In this document: piece after piece, positions 1 to 19,000 of the stretch
How positions within the stretch are numbered: position 1 is the first letter of the stretch
Layout of the letters: each line of letters starts with the position of its first letter
DNA from: Dictyostelium discoideum
Lineage: Eukaryota
DNA length: 64,000 bases
NCBI GenBank assembly: GCA_000004695.1
Contig: CM000152.2
Location: 1,184,001-1,248,000 of the forward strand
Direction of reading: 5' to 3'
Program-made: the position numbers and the translations under genes
Notes under the pieces: generated by a model
What the model saw: the letters and a program-made list of their open reading frames with translations, nothing else
The model's database searches: none
What the model was told of the DNA's origin: nothing

Positions 1-8
1 ATAAATAA

Positions 9-1447
<1,439 letters not shown>

Positions 1448-2076
1448 TCTTTTTTTTTTTTTAAACTAAAAAAGAAAAAAAAAAGTTGTTATGTTTTAAC
1501 GATTTCAAAAAAAAAAAAAAAAAAAAATAAAAAAAAAAATAAATTAAAAAAAATAAAAATCGAAAAAAATAACAGGGGTTAAATAATAAAATAATAAAAA
1601 TTCTAATATCATATTGTAACAACATTTTTTAGATATAATTTTATCTTTTTTAATTTTATTTAATTTTTTTTTTTTACTTTTTGGATTGATCTTCCTTTCA
1701 TATTGAAGGCAATATGAGAACGAATACCAGAAACAAAAAAAAAATAAAAAAAAAAAGAAAATAAAATAAAAAATAAAAAATAAAAAAAACAAGTAATCAA
1801 AAAAATTTAAATAACAATCATTTTTGGTTTATAAATAAAAAAAAAAAAATCTATAAAATAAAATAATTTTCATAATAAATCTGAACTGTGCTTTTAAATA
1901 AATATCTTTTTTTTTTTTTTTTATTTTTTTTTTGGAATAAAATTTAAATTAAATTTTATTTTATTTTAATTTTTTTTATTTTTTTTTTCATTTAAAAAAA
2001 GAAAAGTTTTTTTAATTTTTCTTTTTCCTTTTTTTTTTTTTTTTTTTCATAGTGTTAATTAAATAAAAAAAAAAAG

Positions 2077-2599
2077 ATGTCAAGTGCTCAAAAAATTGTT
2101 GATAAAGTAGACCAACTTCACCTCGAACGTGAGTTTGTAAAGATTTCAGAATTATTAACTGAAGGTCACAAACAATATCCAGAAGATGTCGAGATAATGT
2201 GGAGACTTGCCAGATCATACTTTGACAAGAATGAAGAAGTCGCTAATAAAGATGAAAAGAAAAAACTCATTGAACAAGCTTTAGAACTTACCAACAAAGC
2301 CTCAACTATTAACCCAAATCATTGGGCTGTTCATAAAGTAATGATTAATCATTATTATTTTATTTTTTTTAAAAAAAAAATACATATTTTACTAATTTTT
2401 TTTTTTTTTTTTTTTTTTTTTCTATTCTAAAAGTGGTTAGCAATTTTAATTTCAGCTTTAGGTGATCATATTTCATCAAAAGAAAAGATTGCAAATGCAT
2501 TCAAAATCAAAGATCATGCAGTCAAAGCAAATGAATTAAAACCAAATGATGCAACCACATTACATTTATTAGGTCGTTGGTGGTATGTTTTATAACAAT

Positions 2600-2689
<90 letters not shown>

Positions 2690-3040
2690 AATAACAATTA
2701 AAACAAATATTATTTAGCAATTTAAAATTTTACTAATTCCTTTTATATTTTTTCCAATAGTTTCTCAATTTCCTCAATTGGTTGGATTGAAAGAACTGCC
2801 GCCAGCGCTTTGTTTGGAACCCCACCAACATCAACTTATGATGAAGCTTTGACTTACTTTTTAGAAGCATACAAATGTGACCCAACCAACATTCGTAACG
2901 CCCTCTTCACTGGTGACACCTATGCTGCCCTTAAAGATAATGCCAAAGCTAAAGAGTTTTACAAAATTGCTGCTGCAATCGAACCAAAATCAGAATTTGA
3001 TAAAAATTTAGTCAAAGAAGCCCAAAATAAAGCTAAATAA
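2077..3040 (+). CDS. Regulator-of-microtubule-dynamics (RMD/FAM82, TPR-like) family protein. Exons 2077..2337, 2434..2582, 2761..3040.
   Basis: The spliced product reads '...HWAVHK|WLAILISALGDH...LLGRW|CFSISSIGWIERTAASALFGTPPTSTYDEALTYFLEAYKCDP...', which aligns with the human RMD1 segment 'LLGIWCYTFAEMPWYQRRIAKMLFATPPSSTYEKALGYF'. Donors are GTAATG at 2338 and GTATGT at 2583; acceptors are aaaAG at 2433 and ccaatAG at 2760. Phases are consistent (0, 2, then 1). Intron 2 holds a (CAA)31 microsatellite. Confidence 0.75.
2596..2688. repeat. (CAA)31 microsatellite inside intron 2 of the RMD-like gene.
   Basis: A perfect CAA trinucleotide run, visible directly in the sequence. Confidence 0.95.
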
Positions 3041-3327
3041 ATAAATATTTAAATTTTATTATTTGTATAAAAAAAAAAAAAAAAAAAAAAAAAAATATTA
3101 TGTAGCCCACCAAAGTTTTAAAAAATTTATATATTTGTTAAACAAATCAATAAAGCAATTTTTTTTATACAACAATAATTTTATTATATGTTTCTTTTTT
3201 TTTATTAAACTTTTTTTTTTTTTATTTATTTATTTTTTTTATTTGTTTTTTTTTTTTTTTATTTGGAATTGAATCTACAAAGGCTTTGTACAAGTTGAAC
3301 TATTATTTAATTAGTGATATATTTTTT

Positions 3328-5572
<2,245 letters not shown>

Positions 5573-6165
5573 TGATTATGATTTTTATAAAATAAAAAAA
5601 ATTGTAATATAGATTTTAAATTGGAAAATAAAAATAAATATAAAGGAAAAAAGGAATTTTTTTAAAAAAAAACAAATAAATAAATAATATTATTATTGTG
5701 TGTTTGAGTATAACCTATTTTTTTATTTTTTTTATTTATTTATTTTTTTTTTTTTTTTAAAAAAAAAAAAATTATATTTAAAAATATATAATAATAGTAA
5801 TGATAATAATAATAATAATGATAAAAATAATAATTGATAATAAATAAATATTTAAATAATAATAATTGTTAGTTATTTTGATAGAGATGATAAATAATTA
5901 TATTATTTTTTTTTTTTTTTATTTGTTTTTTTATTTTTTTTTTTTTTTTTTTTTTTTTAATTAAAAAATTTTTAAAAATTAAAAACAAAATAATAAATTT
6001 TTAAAATATAAAAAAAAAAAATAAAAAATAAAAAAAAAAAAGGGTTAAAAGAGTGGTGAGTGTGGGTGGATTGAGTATGACTAATTTGTGTTTAATTATC
6101 TGTTTTTTATTTATGAATTACTTTTTTGGATTCGCCTTATGTGAGAATGTGAAAAAAAAAAAATT

Positions 6166-6213
<48 letters not shown>

Positions 6214-6388
6214 AAGAGTGATGCTTTTGATTAATTAAAAAAAAAATGCAAATTTACAACAGTTTTCACAAAAAATTTTTTTTTTATGCACCCACCAAAG
6301 TATGAAAGTTTTAAAGTCATCAAAATTTTTTAATTTGAAGAATTAAAAAAAAAAAAAGAAAAAAAAAAAAATTGGTGAAAAAAAAATA

Positions 6389-6449
<61 letters not shown>

Positions 6450-6539
6450 AAAATTACACAAATTTTAAAATTAAATATAAAAATATTAATGATGACGGAT
6501 ATCCGATTGAGTGTGTGGTTGTGAATTGCATAAATAAAA

Positions 6540-6580
<41 letters not shown>

Positions 6581-6859
6581 GTGGGTGTGGTGTGGTATTT
6601 ATTTAAACAATTGCCAAATTATTATTTATTATTGAAAAGTATTGGTTTCCAAAATGAATTAAAAATCTATTGATTCGCTAATGCAATATATCTACATACA
6701 ATGTAGCATATGTATTGTTTTATTTTTGGTGGTATATATTTGTGTGTGTGTATATATGTGTGTGTGCATATGAGTGAAAATGAGTGGAAATGAGTTGTTT
6801 TTAAACATTGTGATATATATTTATTTCTAAAATTAAAATTTAGTCCTTACTTTTTTATT

Positions 6860-6891
<32 letters not shown>

Positions 6892-7006
6892 TTTTTCTTC
6901 TTTTATTTGTATTAAATAAATTAATTTGTTTATCTGATTCTAATTAAAAGAAAAATGAAAAAAAAAAAAAAAAAAAAAACTTTTAATTTTAAAAATTTAA
7001 TTTAAA

Positions 7007-7057
<51 letters not shown>

Positions 7058-7520
7058 TGATTTTTTTTTTATTTTTTTTATTTTATTTTTTTTATTTTAT
7101 TTTATTTTTTTTTACTTTTTTTATTTTTTTTTTTCCAAAAAAAGAATCATGGAATTTTTATTTTTTTTTTGACATCCAATTATTCCTTTTCAAATTTAAA
7201 AGTACTCTCTCATCAAAAAATCTTTACAAAATTGGAATGAATTTAAATTTGAATATTCCCATATTTAAATAAAAAATCAATAAAATCCATCACCTGTAAT
7301 TATCAAAAAATGATAATTTTTTTATAAAAATCAGTAAATTTTATTCTATTTATTTGGTTATTTTTATTTTATTTTATTTTATTTTATTTATTTTTAATTT
7401 AATTTTTTTTTTTTTTTTTTTATTTTTTTATTTTTTATTTTTTTTTTTTTTTTTTTTTTTATTTTTTATTTTTTTATTTTTTTATTATTTTTTTGGGGAA
7501 ATTAATTAAATTAATTAATA

Positions 7521-8327
7521 ATGTCAGATCCATTAATAGTTTCATACAATGATTCAGCAATTTATCAAAGTGATATCAATATACTCAAATCAAATCAATG
7601 GTTAAATGATTCAATTATATCATTTTATTTAGAATGGTTAAAAGATGGAGGAGAAGACAATAAAAATAAAATACCAAACCAAGTATTATTGTTAAGTCCA
7701 AGTGTTGTATTTTGTTGTAGTTTTGTTGAATCAGAACAAGAGATTCAATTAATGTTTGAACAACCACTTTCATTAAAGACCAAAGAGGTAATATTCTTTC
7801 CATTAACTAATAATAGAGATCCAAATGTAATTGGTGGTGGTACTCATTGGTCATTATTAATCTTTATAAAAAGTTTAAATAAATTCATTTACTATGATTC
7901 AATAAATAGTTTTAATTCTAGTGATGCAATATTTATAATTTCAAAATTTAAATTTCTATTATCATCACCACCACCAAAAACTAATTTAAAAGGTAAATAT
8001 TTTTTTTTTTTTTTTTAATTTTCTTATTATTTCACAACATAATTAACCCTTTTTTTTTTTTATTTAGAATTTTTAATAAATCAAAAAACACCACAACAAC
8101 AAAATGGATATGATTGTGGATTATATGTTTTATCAATTATTGAAGAACTATTAAAATTAATTATTAAAGAAAATGAAAATAATAAGGGTGAAGAAAATAA
8201 AATTTCATATAAAGATTTATTATTATCAGAATTTACAAATGAATTATTATTTAAAGAGATTACACCAAATTATATTAAAGATAAAAGAGTTGAAATTTTA
8301 AATACAATTTTAAAATTAAAAAAATAA
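7521..8327 (+). CDS. DEN1/SENP8-like NEDD8-specific cysteine protease (Ulp1 C48 family). Exons 7521..7992 and 8068..8327.
   Basis: The N-terminus 'MSDPLIVSYNDSAIYQSDINILKSNQWLNDSIISFYLEWL' parallels human SENP8 'MDPVVLSYMDSLLRQSDVSLLDPPSWLNDHIIGF'. The catalytic His is in 'GGGTHWSLL' and the catalytic Cys in 'QQQNGYDCGLYVLS' (exon 2). The donor AAAAG|GTAAAT is at 7993 (phase 1) and the acceptor tatttAG at 8067. The stop is at 8325-8327. Confidence 0.8.
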
Positions 8328-8385
8328 TAATAAAAAAAAAATAAAAAAAAAAAATAAACATTATCATTGATAATTTTATTTGTTT

Positions 8386-9519
8386 TTATAATAGATTTCT
8401 TTGTTTTAACCATTGAATATTTTCATTAATCATATATTCTAAAGTTTGAGATTTAAAATTTAATTGGTTATTTGCTTTGGTTGAATCGATTACAAAATTA
8501 ACACTTTGAATACAAGAGAGGAAGAAAGATTGATAAGGTGTTGGACGTGGTTTTGATTTCGATGCTTTTGTAGTTTTAAAATCATCATCCGCTAAAGAAT
8601 CGGTTGCTTCTGATGAAATTGGTTTAATAGTGGTTGAAGTGGTTGTGGTTGAAGTTCTGCCAAACCATTTGGCCATTAAATCATTCATTTTACCTGTTAG
8701 AATATATTTCAATGGGGAAACGGCAACAACAGGTTTTTCAATCGAGAGTTGAAATAAAACTTGTTCATAAAGTTCCTTCCAACTGATCAATGTACCACCT
8801 ATACAATAGTCACTTCCATTTGGTGCAACCTGTGCTGCTGTTATATGAGCCTTGGCAACCTCGTCCGCTGATGAAAAGTTGGTTTTACCTACGCCCACTG
8901 ACACAGTTTGAGAAGCTTGATGAGCGACCATTAATATAAACGAGCCAACACTATTTTCATCATATTTTCCAATGATAAAGCCCGGTGAGATGATCACCGC
9001 CTCCAATCCCCTACGTATGGCATCCTCCACATATAGCTCGCCAATTCTCTTTGTACGCGAATAACCAGACCTTGGTAGATTCTCTTTTGGGCATTGTTCA
9101 TTGATGATTCTATCTTTTACATCGTAGCATGCTATTGTGCTTGTGTAAATCAATCTTTTTACACCCTTTTTGAAACATGCCTCTACAACATTGGCAGTGC
9201 CATTTACATTGGTTTCGTATTGTTGAATTTGTTGTTCCTTCATTGATTGTTGTGATTCACTTGCATCTAAATCAATGAGAGCTGCAGCATGAAAACAGTA
9301 AAGACATTCATCTGGTATACCTTTTAACAATGATTTATAATTTGTAACATCACCTTTAACCAATATCAATTGATCTTGTTTATTCAATCTCTTTGCTATT
9401 GAATTTAATTCTAATACTTTATTCTTATTTCTATATAATGCATAAACTTGATATCCTTGAATTAATAATTGTTCAACTATATTACATCCTAAAAATCCAG
9501 TTGACCCTGTTACAAAACA

Positions 9520-9591
<72 letters not shown>

Positions 9592-9618
9592 GTTATTTAT
9601 ATTTATATTTTCACTCAT
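8386..9618 (-). CDS. NAD(P)-dependent epimerase/dehydratase (extended SDR) family protein, single exon.
   Basis: The Rossmann motif 'CFVTGSTGFLGCNIVEQL' follows an N-terminal poly-Asn tract. 'YSRTK' is the YxxxK active-site motif. The product is about 410 aa with no in-frame interruption. Confidence 0.7.
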
Positions 9619-9763
9619 TCTTTTTATTTTTTTTTATTACTTTTTATTTTTTATTTTAAAATAAATTAAAAAAAAAATAAAAAAAAATTTAATTTAAAAA
9701 TTAAAAAAAAAATTAAATAAAAAATAAAAAGATTTTTTTTTATGGGAACACACAAAAGGCGGG

Positions 9764-9807
<44 letters not shown>

Positions 9808-9823
9808 TCCGTTTTGCAACCAA

Positions 9824-11937
<2,114 letters not shown>

Positions 11938-12416
11938 ATAATATTTTTTTGGAATAAAAAAAAAAAAAAAAACACATCGATTTCATAAATATTTTTTTTA
12001 TTTTTGTTTTTTTTTTATTTATTTATTAATATAAATTTATTTATTTTATTTATTTATTTATTTTTTTAAAAAAAAAAAAGTCCTAAATTGGGGTTTTTAA
12101 GTTTCATTTATTTTTATTTATTCATTTTATTTTATTCAATTATTTTAAATTATAATTTTTTATTTTTATTTTTTTTTTTACTTAATTATATGATATTTTA
12201 CAAAAATTGTGGGAATTTGTGTTTTTAATTATTAATTCATTAAAAAAGGTAAAAACAAGCAATATGTTTTGAAAAGTTAAAAAAAAAAAATTTAAAAAGG
12301 AATTTAATAATTTTTTTTTTTTTTTTGTCCCACAGAGGAATTGTTCAAACCAAGAGTACTAATAGTTCCTTTTTTTATTTTTTTATTATTAAAAAATTTA
12401 AAAAATTATTTGTTGA

Positions 12417-12450
<34 letters not shown>

Positions 12451-13001
12451 ATTAAAAAATCATTTGTGTTTAGAAAAAAAAAAAAAAAAAAAAACACATA
12501 CTACAGCTTATTTATTATTTGTATAAAAAAAAAATAAAAAAATAAACAAATTTATTTGTCCATATTGTTATGTGAGTACAAACAAATAATTAAATAAATT
12601 ATATTCACACACTCACACTTCACACATAACACCACAAACAAATTAATATCATTCACTACTCATTTATTTTCCCACTCTTTTTCATTATTATTTCTTCTCA
12701 CACTAATTTCAAAGTACCACTACCATTTTTTTTTTTTTTTTTTTTTTTTTTATTATTATAATAATAATTAACAAAATTTTTTAATTGTAAAAACACTCAA
12801 CTAATACTATTATTATTGAGATATTATTGTTTTTTTGTATTGTTTTTTTTTTTTTTTTATATTGAACACACTTTACAAAAAAAAAAAAATAATAATAAAT
12901 TACTAATAATCTTACCTTCAAACTATATTATAGTTATTTATTTATTTTTTTTTTTTCGAAAAAAATATTATTATTAGTTTCTATATGATTTAATATTAAA
13001 A

Positions 13002-13064
13002 ATGCTAAATTTTATAGTTTTATTTATTTTATTTTTATTATGTTCACCCTCTTTACAAATTAGT

Positions 13065-13095
<31 letters not shown>

Positions 13096-16000
13096 TTATT
13101 AAATCAATACTAACAAAAAAAAAAAAAATTAATAAAAAAAGATATAGAAACAGGAGAAAAACAACCAAATATTTATAAAAATTATGATATATCAATACTT
13201 AAAAAAGAATATGAATCAATAATTAAGTAAATATTTCCAAAAAAAAAATAAAAAAAAAACTTTTCCAAAAAAAAAAAAAAAAATTAAAAATTTTCTAATC
13301 AACTTTTTTTTAAAAAAAAAAAAAAATAGAGATCATAATATAAATGATGTTGATTATGAAAAAGATTTATCAAATATATATACTCAATTAAACAATATAC
13401 AGTTTTCAAATATTACAAATTTTAATAATTTAGGTTAGTATATTTTTATTTTTTTTTTTTAATTTTTTTTTAATTTTTTTTTTTTATTTTATTAACTCTA
13501 TTTTTTTTTTTAGATTGGTTTTTAAATTTAATTAATAATCAAACAAATATTAATAATGGTATCGAAAACAATAGTAATAATAATGAAAATATTAATGAAA
13601 AATTAAATATTGGTATAATTGTTTCAAGTTTTGAAGGAATGTATTCAACATCTGGTATTGGTACAGTTTATTCTATACTTTCAGATTTTTTAGTAAAGAC
13701 TGGTAAATATAATGTTACAGTAATATATACAAGAGATGATCCACCCGAGAAAAAGAGTTTTTATAATTGGAAAGTCGATCTTAAAGAGAGAGGTATCAAT
13801 TTAGTTCATTTACCATCATCTGTGATTAGAGTTGATAATCCATTGTTTGTTAGAAAATCCTATCAAGTTTATCAATATCTCAAGACTCAATCATTTGATG
13901 TTTTACATTTCCCAGATTTTGAAGGTATGGCATATTATAGTTGTTTGGCCAAAATCAATGGTGTAGAGAAACAATTTCAAAATGTTACCATTGTAATTGG
14001 TCTTCATGGTCCATCTTCTTGGGTTAGTAAATCAAATACAAAAAAGGTCTCACTGGATCACGATCAAGTTGAATTGGATTTTATGGAAAGAAAATCAGTT
14101 GAAATGGCCGATATCATTTGGACACCAAGTAATTATATCGTTAGTTGGTTAATAAAAGAGGTTGGTTGGACAATTCCACAAGAGAATCTTTATCTATTAC
14201 CTTTTCTTCCACCTCCATCTCCATCAACTGCAATCACCAACAATAAGAAAACTTCAAGTTCAATTAAAGAAATTGTATTTTTCGGTCGTTTAGAACAAAG
14301 AAAAGGTATAGTTTTATTTTGTGATGCTTTAGATCAATTGGTTTCAAATTCAAATTATAAATCATTATCAAATTTAAAGATTACATTTTTGGGTCGTTCT
14401 TCTGATATCATCGTTACTGAACCAAATGGTGGTGGTGGAAAGGTTGATGCAATTTATTATATTAGAGATCGTTCAATTAATTGGCCATTTGAAATTAAAT
14501 ATTTAGATGAAAAATCATCAAGTCAAGCAATCGAATATTTAACTGATGATTTACATAAATTGGTAGTTATTCCATCATTAGAAGATAATGCACCTTATAC
14601 TCTCTATGAATGTCTTTACAATAGAATACCATTCATTGCTTCACATCAACTTTCAATGGTACCACTTATTGAATTAAATGATCAATCTACAGTACTCTTT
14701 GAAATTGATTCTAAATCATTATCAGAGAAATTAGATCAAATTTTATTAAATGGTAAACATTTAATTGGTCATCCAATCATTTCAAAAGAAAAATCAGAAT
14801 CTGCTTGGTTAAAATTTTATTCAACTACAATTTTTACAAATTCAATTAAAAATAGAAAACAATTTATTTTAAAATCAACACAACAACAACAACAACAACA
14901 ACCATTAGTAACAATATGTTTAACTCATTTTAATAGACCAAACTTTTTAAAACAATCAATTGAATCAATTGAAAATCAAGATTATAAAAATTTTGAAGTA
15001 ATTTTAGTTGATGATGGTTCAACTTCAATTGAATCAATTGATTATCTTTATTCATTAAAAGATAAATTCAAAGAGAAAGGTTGGAAAATTATTATGACTG
15101 AAAATAAATATTTAGGTGCTGCTCGTAATACTGCTGCCTCTCAAGCCAAAGGTAAATATTTAATGTTTTTAGATGATGATAATTATATGTATCCAAATGC
15201 AATTTCAACCTATGTTTCAATCGCTACAAATACAAATGCCAATGTTGTTAGTTCACCACATTCAATATTTAATTCAACCAATACTCCAATATCAAATGAT
15301 GTTATTATTCAAAGACAATGGGTACCATTAGGTCCATCACTTTCCGTTGGTCTCTTCAAGAATTGTTTTGGTGATGCAAATTTCTTTATTGAAAAGTCAT
15401 CATTTAATTCAATTGGTGGTTTCACTGAGGAAGTTGGTGTTGGTTTAGAAGATCATGAAATTTTGGCAAAACTTGTTATTCAAGGATTTAAACTTTCCGT
15501 TTCAACTGAACCATTATTATACTATAGATTCCATGATTCAGTCAATCAAATGATTTTTACAACCGATTCAAAATCAAATCAAATGCGTTATATTCGTCCA
15601 TTCTCTGAAATCCTAAGTAATGGTCATGTTCCAGTACTCAAGGTTTTAGCAAACAATGCAATTCATGCTCAAAGTAAACGTGTTTTGGTAAACACTTGTA
15701 ATATCACGCTTTCATCGATCCATCCAAATTATGGTCCAACTTCTGGTGGTTCATTGGTATCTATTAGTGGTTCTGGTTTTAATTGTGGCATTAGTAATGT
15801 ATTGTTTGGTGGTGCTGCATGCTCAAATCCAAAGGTTAAAACAGATGGACTCTTAACTTGTACAACTCCTTCCTCTGATAATAATGGTCCAGCTGATATT
15901 GTTGTCAAAGGTTCTGATGGTAGTACCGTTACATTAACTGAAGCCTATAACTATGTTTCAACCATTGCAATTACTTCATGTGCACTCGGTGCAAACAATG

Positions 16001-19000
16001 GTAATTTCTTTAGTTGTGATATCTCTTCTCCAGTTGATACTTCAAATAGGCCTTCATGTAGTTCTCTTTTCTCTTCTGCAACTTTACAAACTTTGGGTAG
16101 TTCTCCAAGATGTGAATATACTGCTTCAAACATTCTAATGGTTACATTGGGTAGTGGTGAAAGTGTATCAGTTGGCCAACAATTGGAATTTTCTCAAGGT
16201 GGAATCACTTCAAAAGATGGTAGTAAGAATAATTATCAAACTATAACATTGGAACCACCACAAGATTCAACTCCAGTGGTAGATATTAAAGCTCCAAATG
16301 TTTTAGATTCATGTAGTCCATTGGTATTAGATGCTAGTCATTCAAAAGGTGGTAATGGAAAAGCATTAACCTATGATTGGTCGGTTAGTGGGGCAGATAC
16401 AAACACTCAATTAAATAATCTATTGGATCAAAATAATGCAACCATAACAATTCCAAATGATCTTTTGTCATCTGGTCAAACTTATACTTTTACACTTAAA
16501 ATCACAAATTGGTTAAAGAAATCTGATAGCGCAAGTGTTTCAGTAACAAAGAAAGAGGGTGAAGTTTTAGATGTAACAATTCAAGGTCCAAGTATTCATC
16601 GTATGGGTGCAATTGATCTAACTCTTAAAGGTAATGCTTCAGTTTCAAGTTGTTCAGTTGATGGCGCTTCACAAAACACCAACACAATCAAATATAAATG
16701 GTCAATTGTTCCAGAGATTCAATTGGCAAGTTCAAAAGATTATACAGGTCCAACTTTAAATATTCCTTCAAGTAAATGGGTTTATGATACAACTTATGTT
16801 ATTACATTAACTGCAACCTCTGGTAAAGAGACAAACTACGATAATGTTACAGTTATCATTTCAAAGAAACCAATCACTGCAGTAATTGATGGAGCCGATA
16901 AAGAATTCCCATTAAATACTTTAATAACTTTAGATGCTTCAAAATCTTTTGATCCAACAACTACTTCAACAGTTTCCAAAGAACTTGATGATTCAACCTC
17001 TACACAACAACAATCATTTACTTATGCATGGAGATGTATCAATAAAAGTGGCAAAGATTGCGGATTAAATTTAGAATCTGAACCAATTATTACATTTAAC
17101 TCTTCAAGATTGAATGTTGGTGTTTTCCATTTCTCTGTTGATGTTACCCCAAATGGTGATGCCACAAGAAGTGGTTCTGCTAGTGCCACTGTTACCATTG
17201 TAAATACTCCAGTAATTGATGTTATTATCTCACCATTACCAACAACCATTGATCCAACTCAAAAATTGGTACTCTATACAGTAGTTAGTGGTAATGATGC
17301 ATCTTCATCAAATTTAACCTATGAATGGAATATGCTCGAAGGTACTCTTGAACTTCCATTAAAACAAGCCTATAGTACCCCAATGAATAGTAGAAATTTG
17401 GTATTAAAGGCTGGTGCACTCGGTTCAAAAGTTGTCTATAGATTTTCAGTAGATGTTAAAAATAAGAAAACTGGTGCCACTGGTAAAGCAATGGTAACAT
17501 TCACCACTGAAGCAATCCCCCAAGGTGGTGATATCACTTGTTTAACAACAAGTGGTGATGTTACCGATACCTATTCAATTACAATGGGCGATCAATGGAC
17601 TGATAATTCTGGTATTAAATCCTACAATTTCCGTTATCGTGTAGGTAGTGGCCCAGCAATCGCACTAAGTGAATCCTCCTCTGATAATTCTATCTCTACA
17701 ATTCTTCCACCAGGTCAAATTACAATAATTGGTTATGTAACTTCAAATGATGGTATCACTGCAAGTAAATCATGTAAAATTCAAGTAAAAGAAGCAAGCA
17801 ACATTGAGGAAGCAATCAACTTTTTAAGTACAACTATAACCAATCCAGATGTTTCACTTTATCAACTTAGTGTAGCATTGAAAATTGCCAATTCATTGGT
17901 TCCTGAAACTTTGAGATTAGCCAAGGCATCATCAAAGAATGTTGTTTCAGAAACTGATGAACAATTCCAAGTTATAATGCCAGAAACTCCACAATCTGCA
18001 AATAAAGTTGTATTTTCAAAGAAACCAACCAATCCATACCTTGAACAACAAGAAGAAACAAAACAATTTGATCAACCAACAGTAAATAAGAAGATGTCAG
18101 CAGCTGCAGTTGCCACTCAAATATCTCAATTTAAAGCCAATGGTATTCGTCAAGTAATGGACCAGGTTGTTAAACAAAAAAAACAACTCTCAAACTATGG
18201 TATTTCAACAGTTGTCGATTTGATATCAACCTCTACAGATACTTCAGCAGTTGTTCATCCATCAACTCTTAAAGAATCAATGAATATTATGAAAGTAGTT
18301 AGTCCAATGATGGTTAAATCACAAGTTTTACCAAGTGATTTCATTTTATCTGTTAACTATTTAAGTAATGTCAATCAACAAGTCATTGGTCAACAATCAA
18401 ATATCACTCAAGGTAAAACTGCACCAACCTATGCTGATATGGTTTATAATGTTTCTTCAGACATTTTAGTGGTATCCAATTCATTGGCAGATGGTATTCT
18501 TCAAAGAACTGCAATTGGTGAAGAACCATTTACAGTTGCAAGTGATAAAGGTTTCTCGATTACAACATTTAAAACTCTACATATGGAATTAAGTAAGAGT
18601 GGTCAATCGATTGGTTTCAAAAAGGATGATGAAGGTCAATCTCTTGATGGTGAAAAACTTGCTTTCACTCCAAAATTCAGTATTCCATCAAGTGTTTTAT
18701 CAAAGAATAAATTAAAACAAACCTCTGAAATCACTGGTAAACTAATTACAGTTCCATCAAATATTCATTTCAATCATAAATCTGATCAAACCATTTTCCC
18801 AAAAACTGTTTCACTTGAACTTTTCAATGGTGGCTCTCAATTATCAATCAATGGCCTTAAAGATCAAATTATCATTGATATGGGAAAACATTCACCACCA
18901 AAAGATAAAGAATTTAAATGTGGTTGGTGGAGCTCCAATAAAAAAGAATGGTTAACAGATGGTTGTTCAACCCATAAAGTAGATGGTAATATTCAATGTA

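Noticed and set aside
12974-13195. A 73-aa minus-strand ORF overlapping the signal-peptide exon of the big gene.
   Set aside because: It is Phe/Leu/Ile-rich and built from translated A/T runs. It lies antisense to a plus-strand exon that has a proper ATG, signal peptide and GTAAGT donor.
15951-16138. Short antisense or alternate-frame ORFs inside the big GT-GPS gene (15951..16133 minus, 15953..16138 plus, 17022..17249 minus, 19050..19286 minus, 19059..19241 plus).
   Set aside because: They are fully embedded in a long, domain-rich sense ORF. They are typical shadow ORFs with no independent start context or splice signals.
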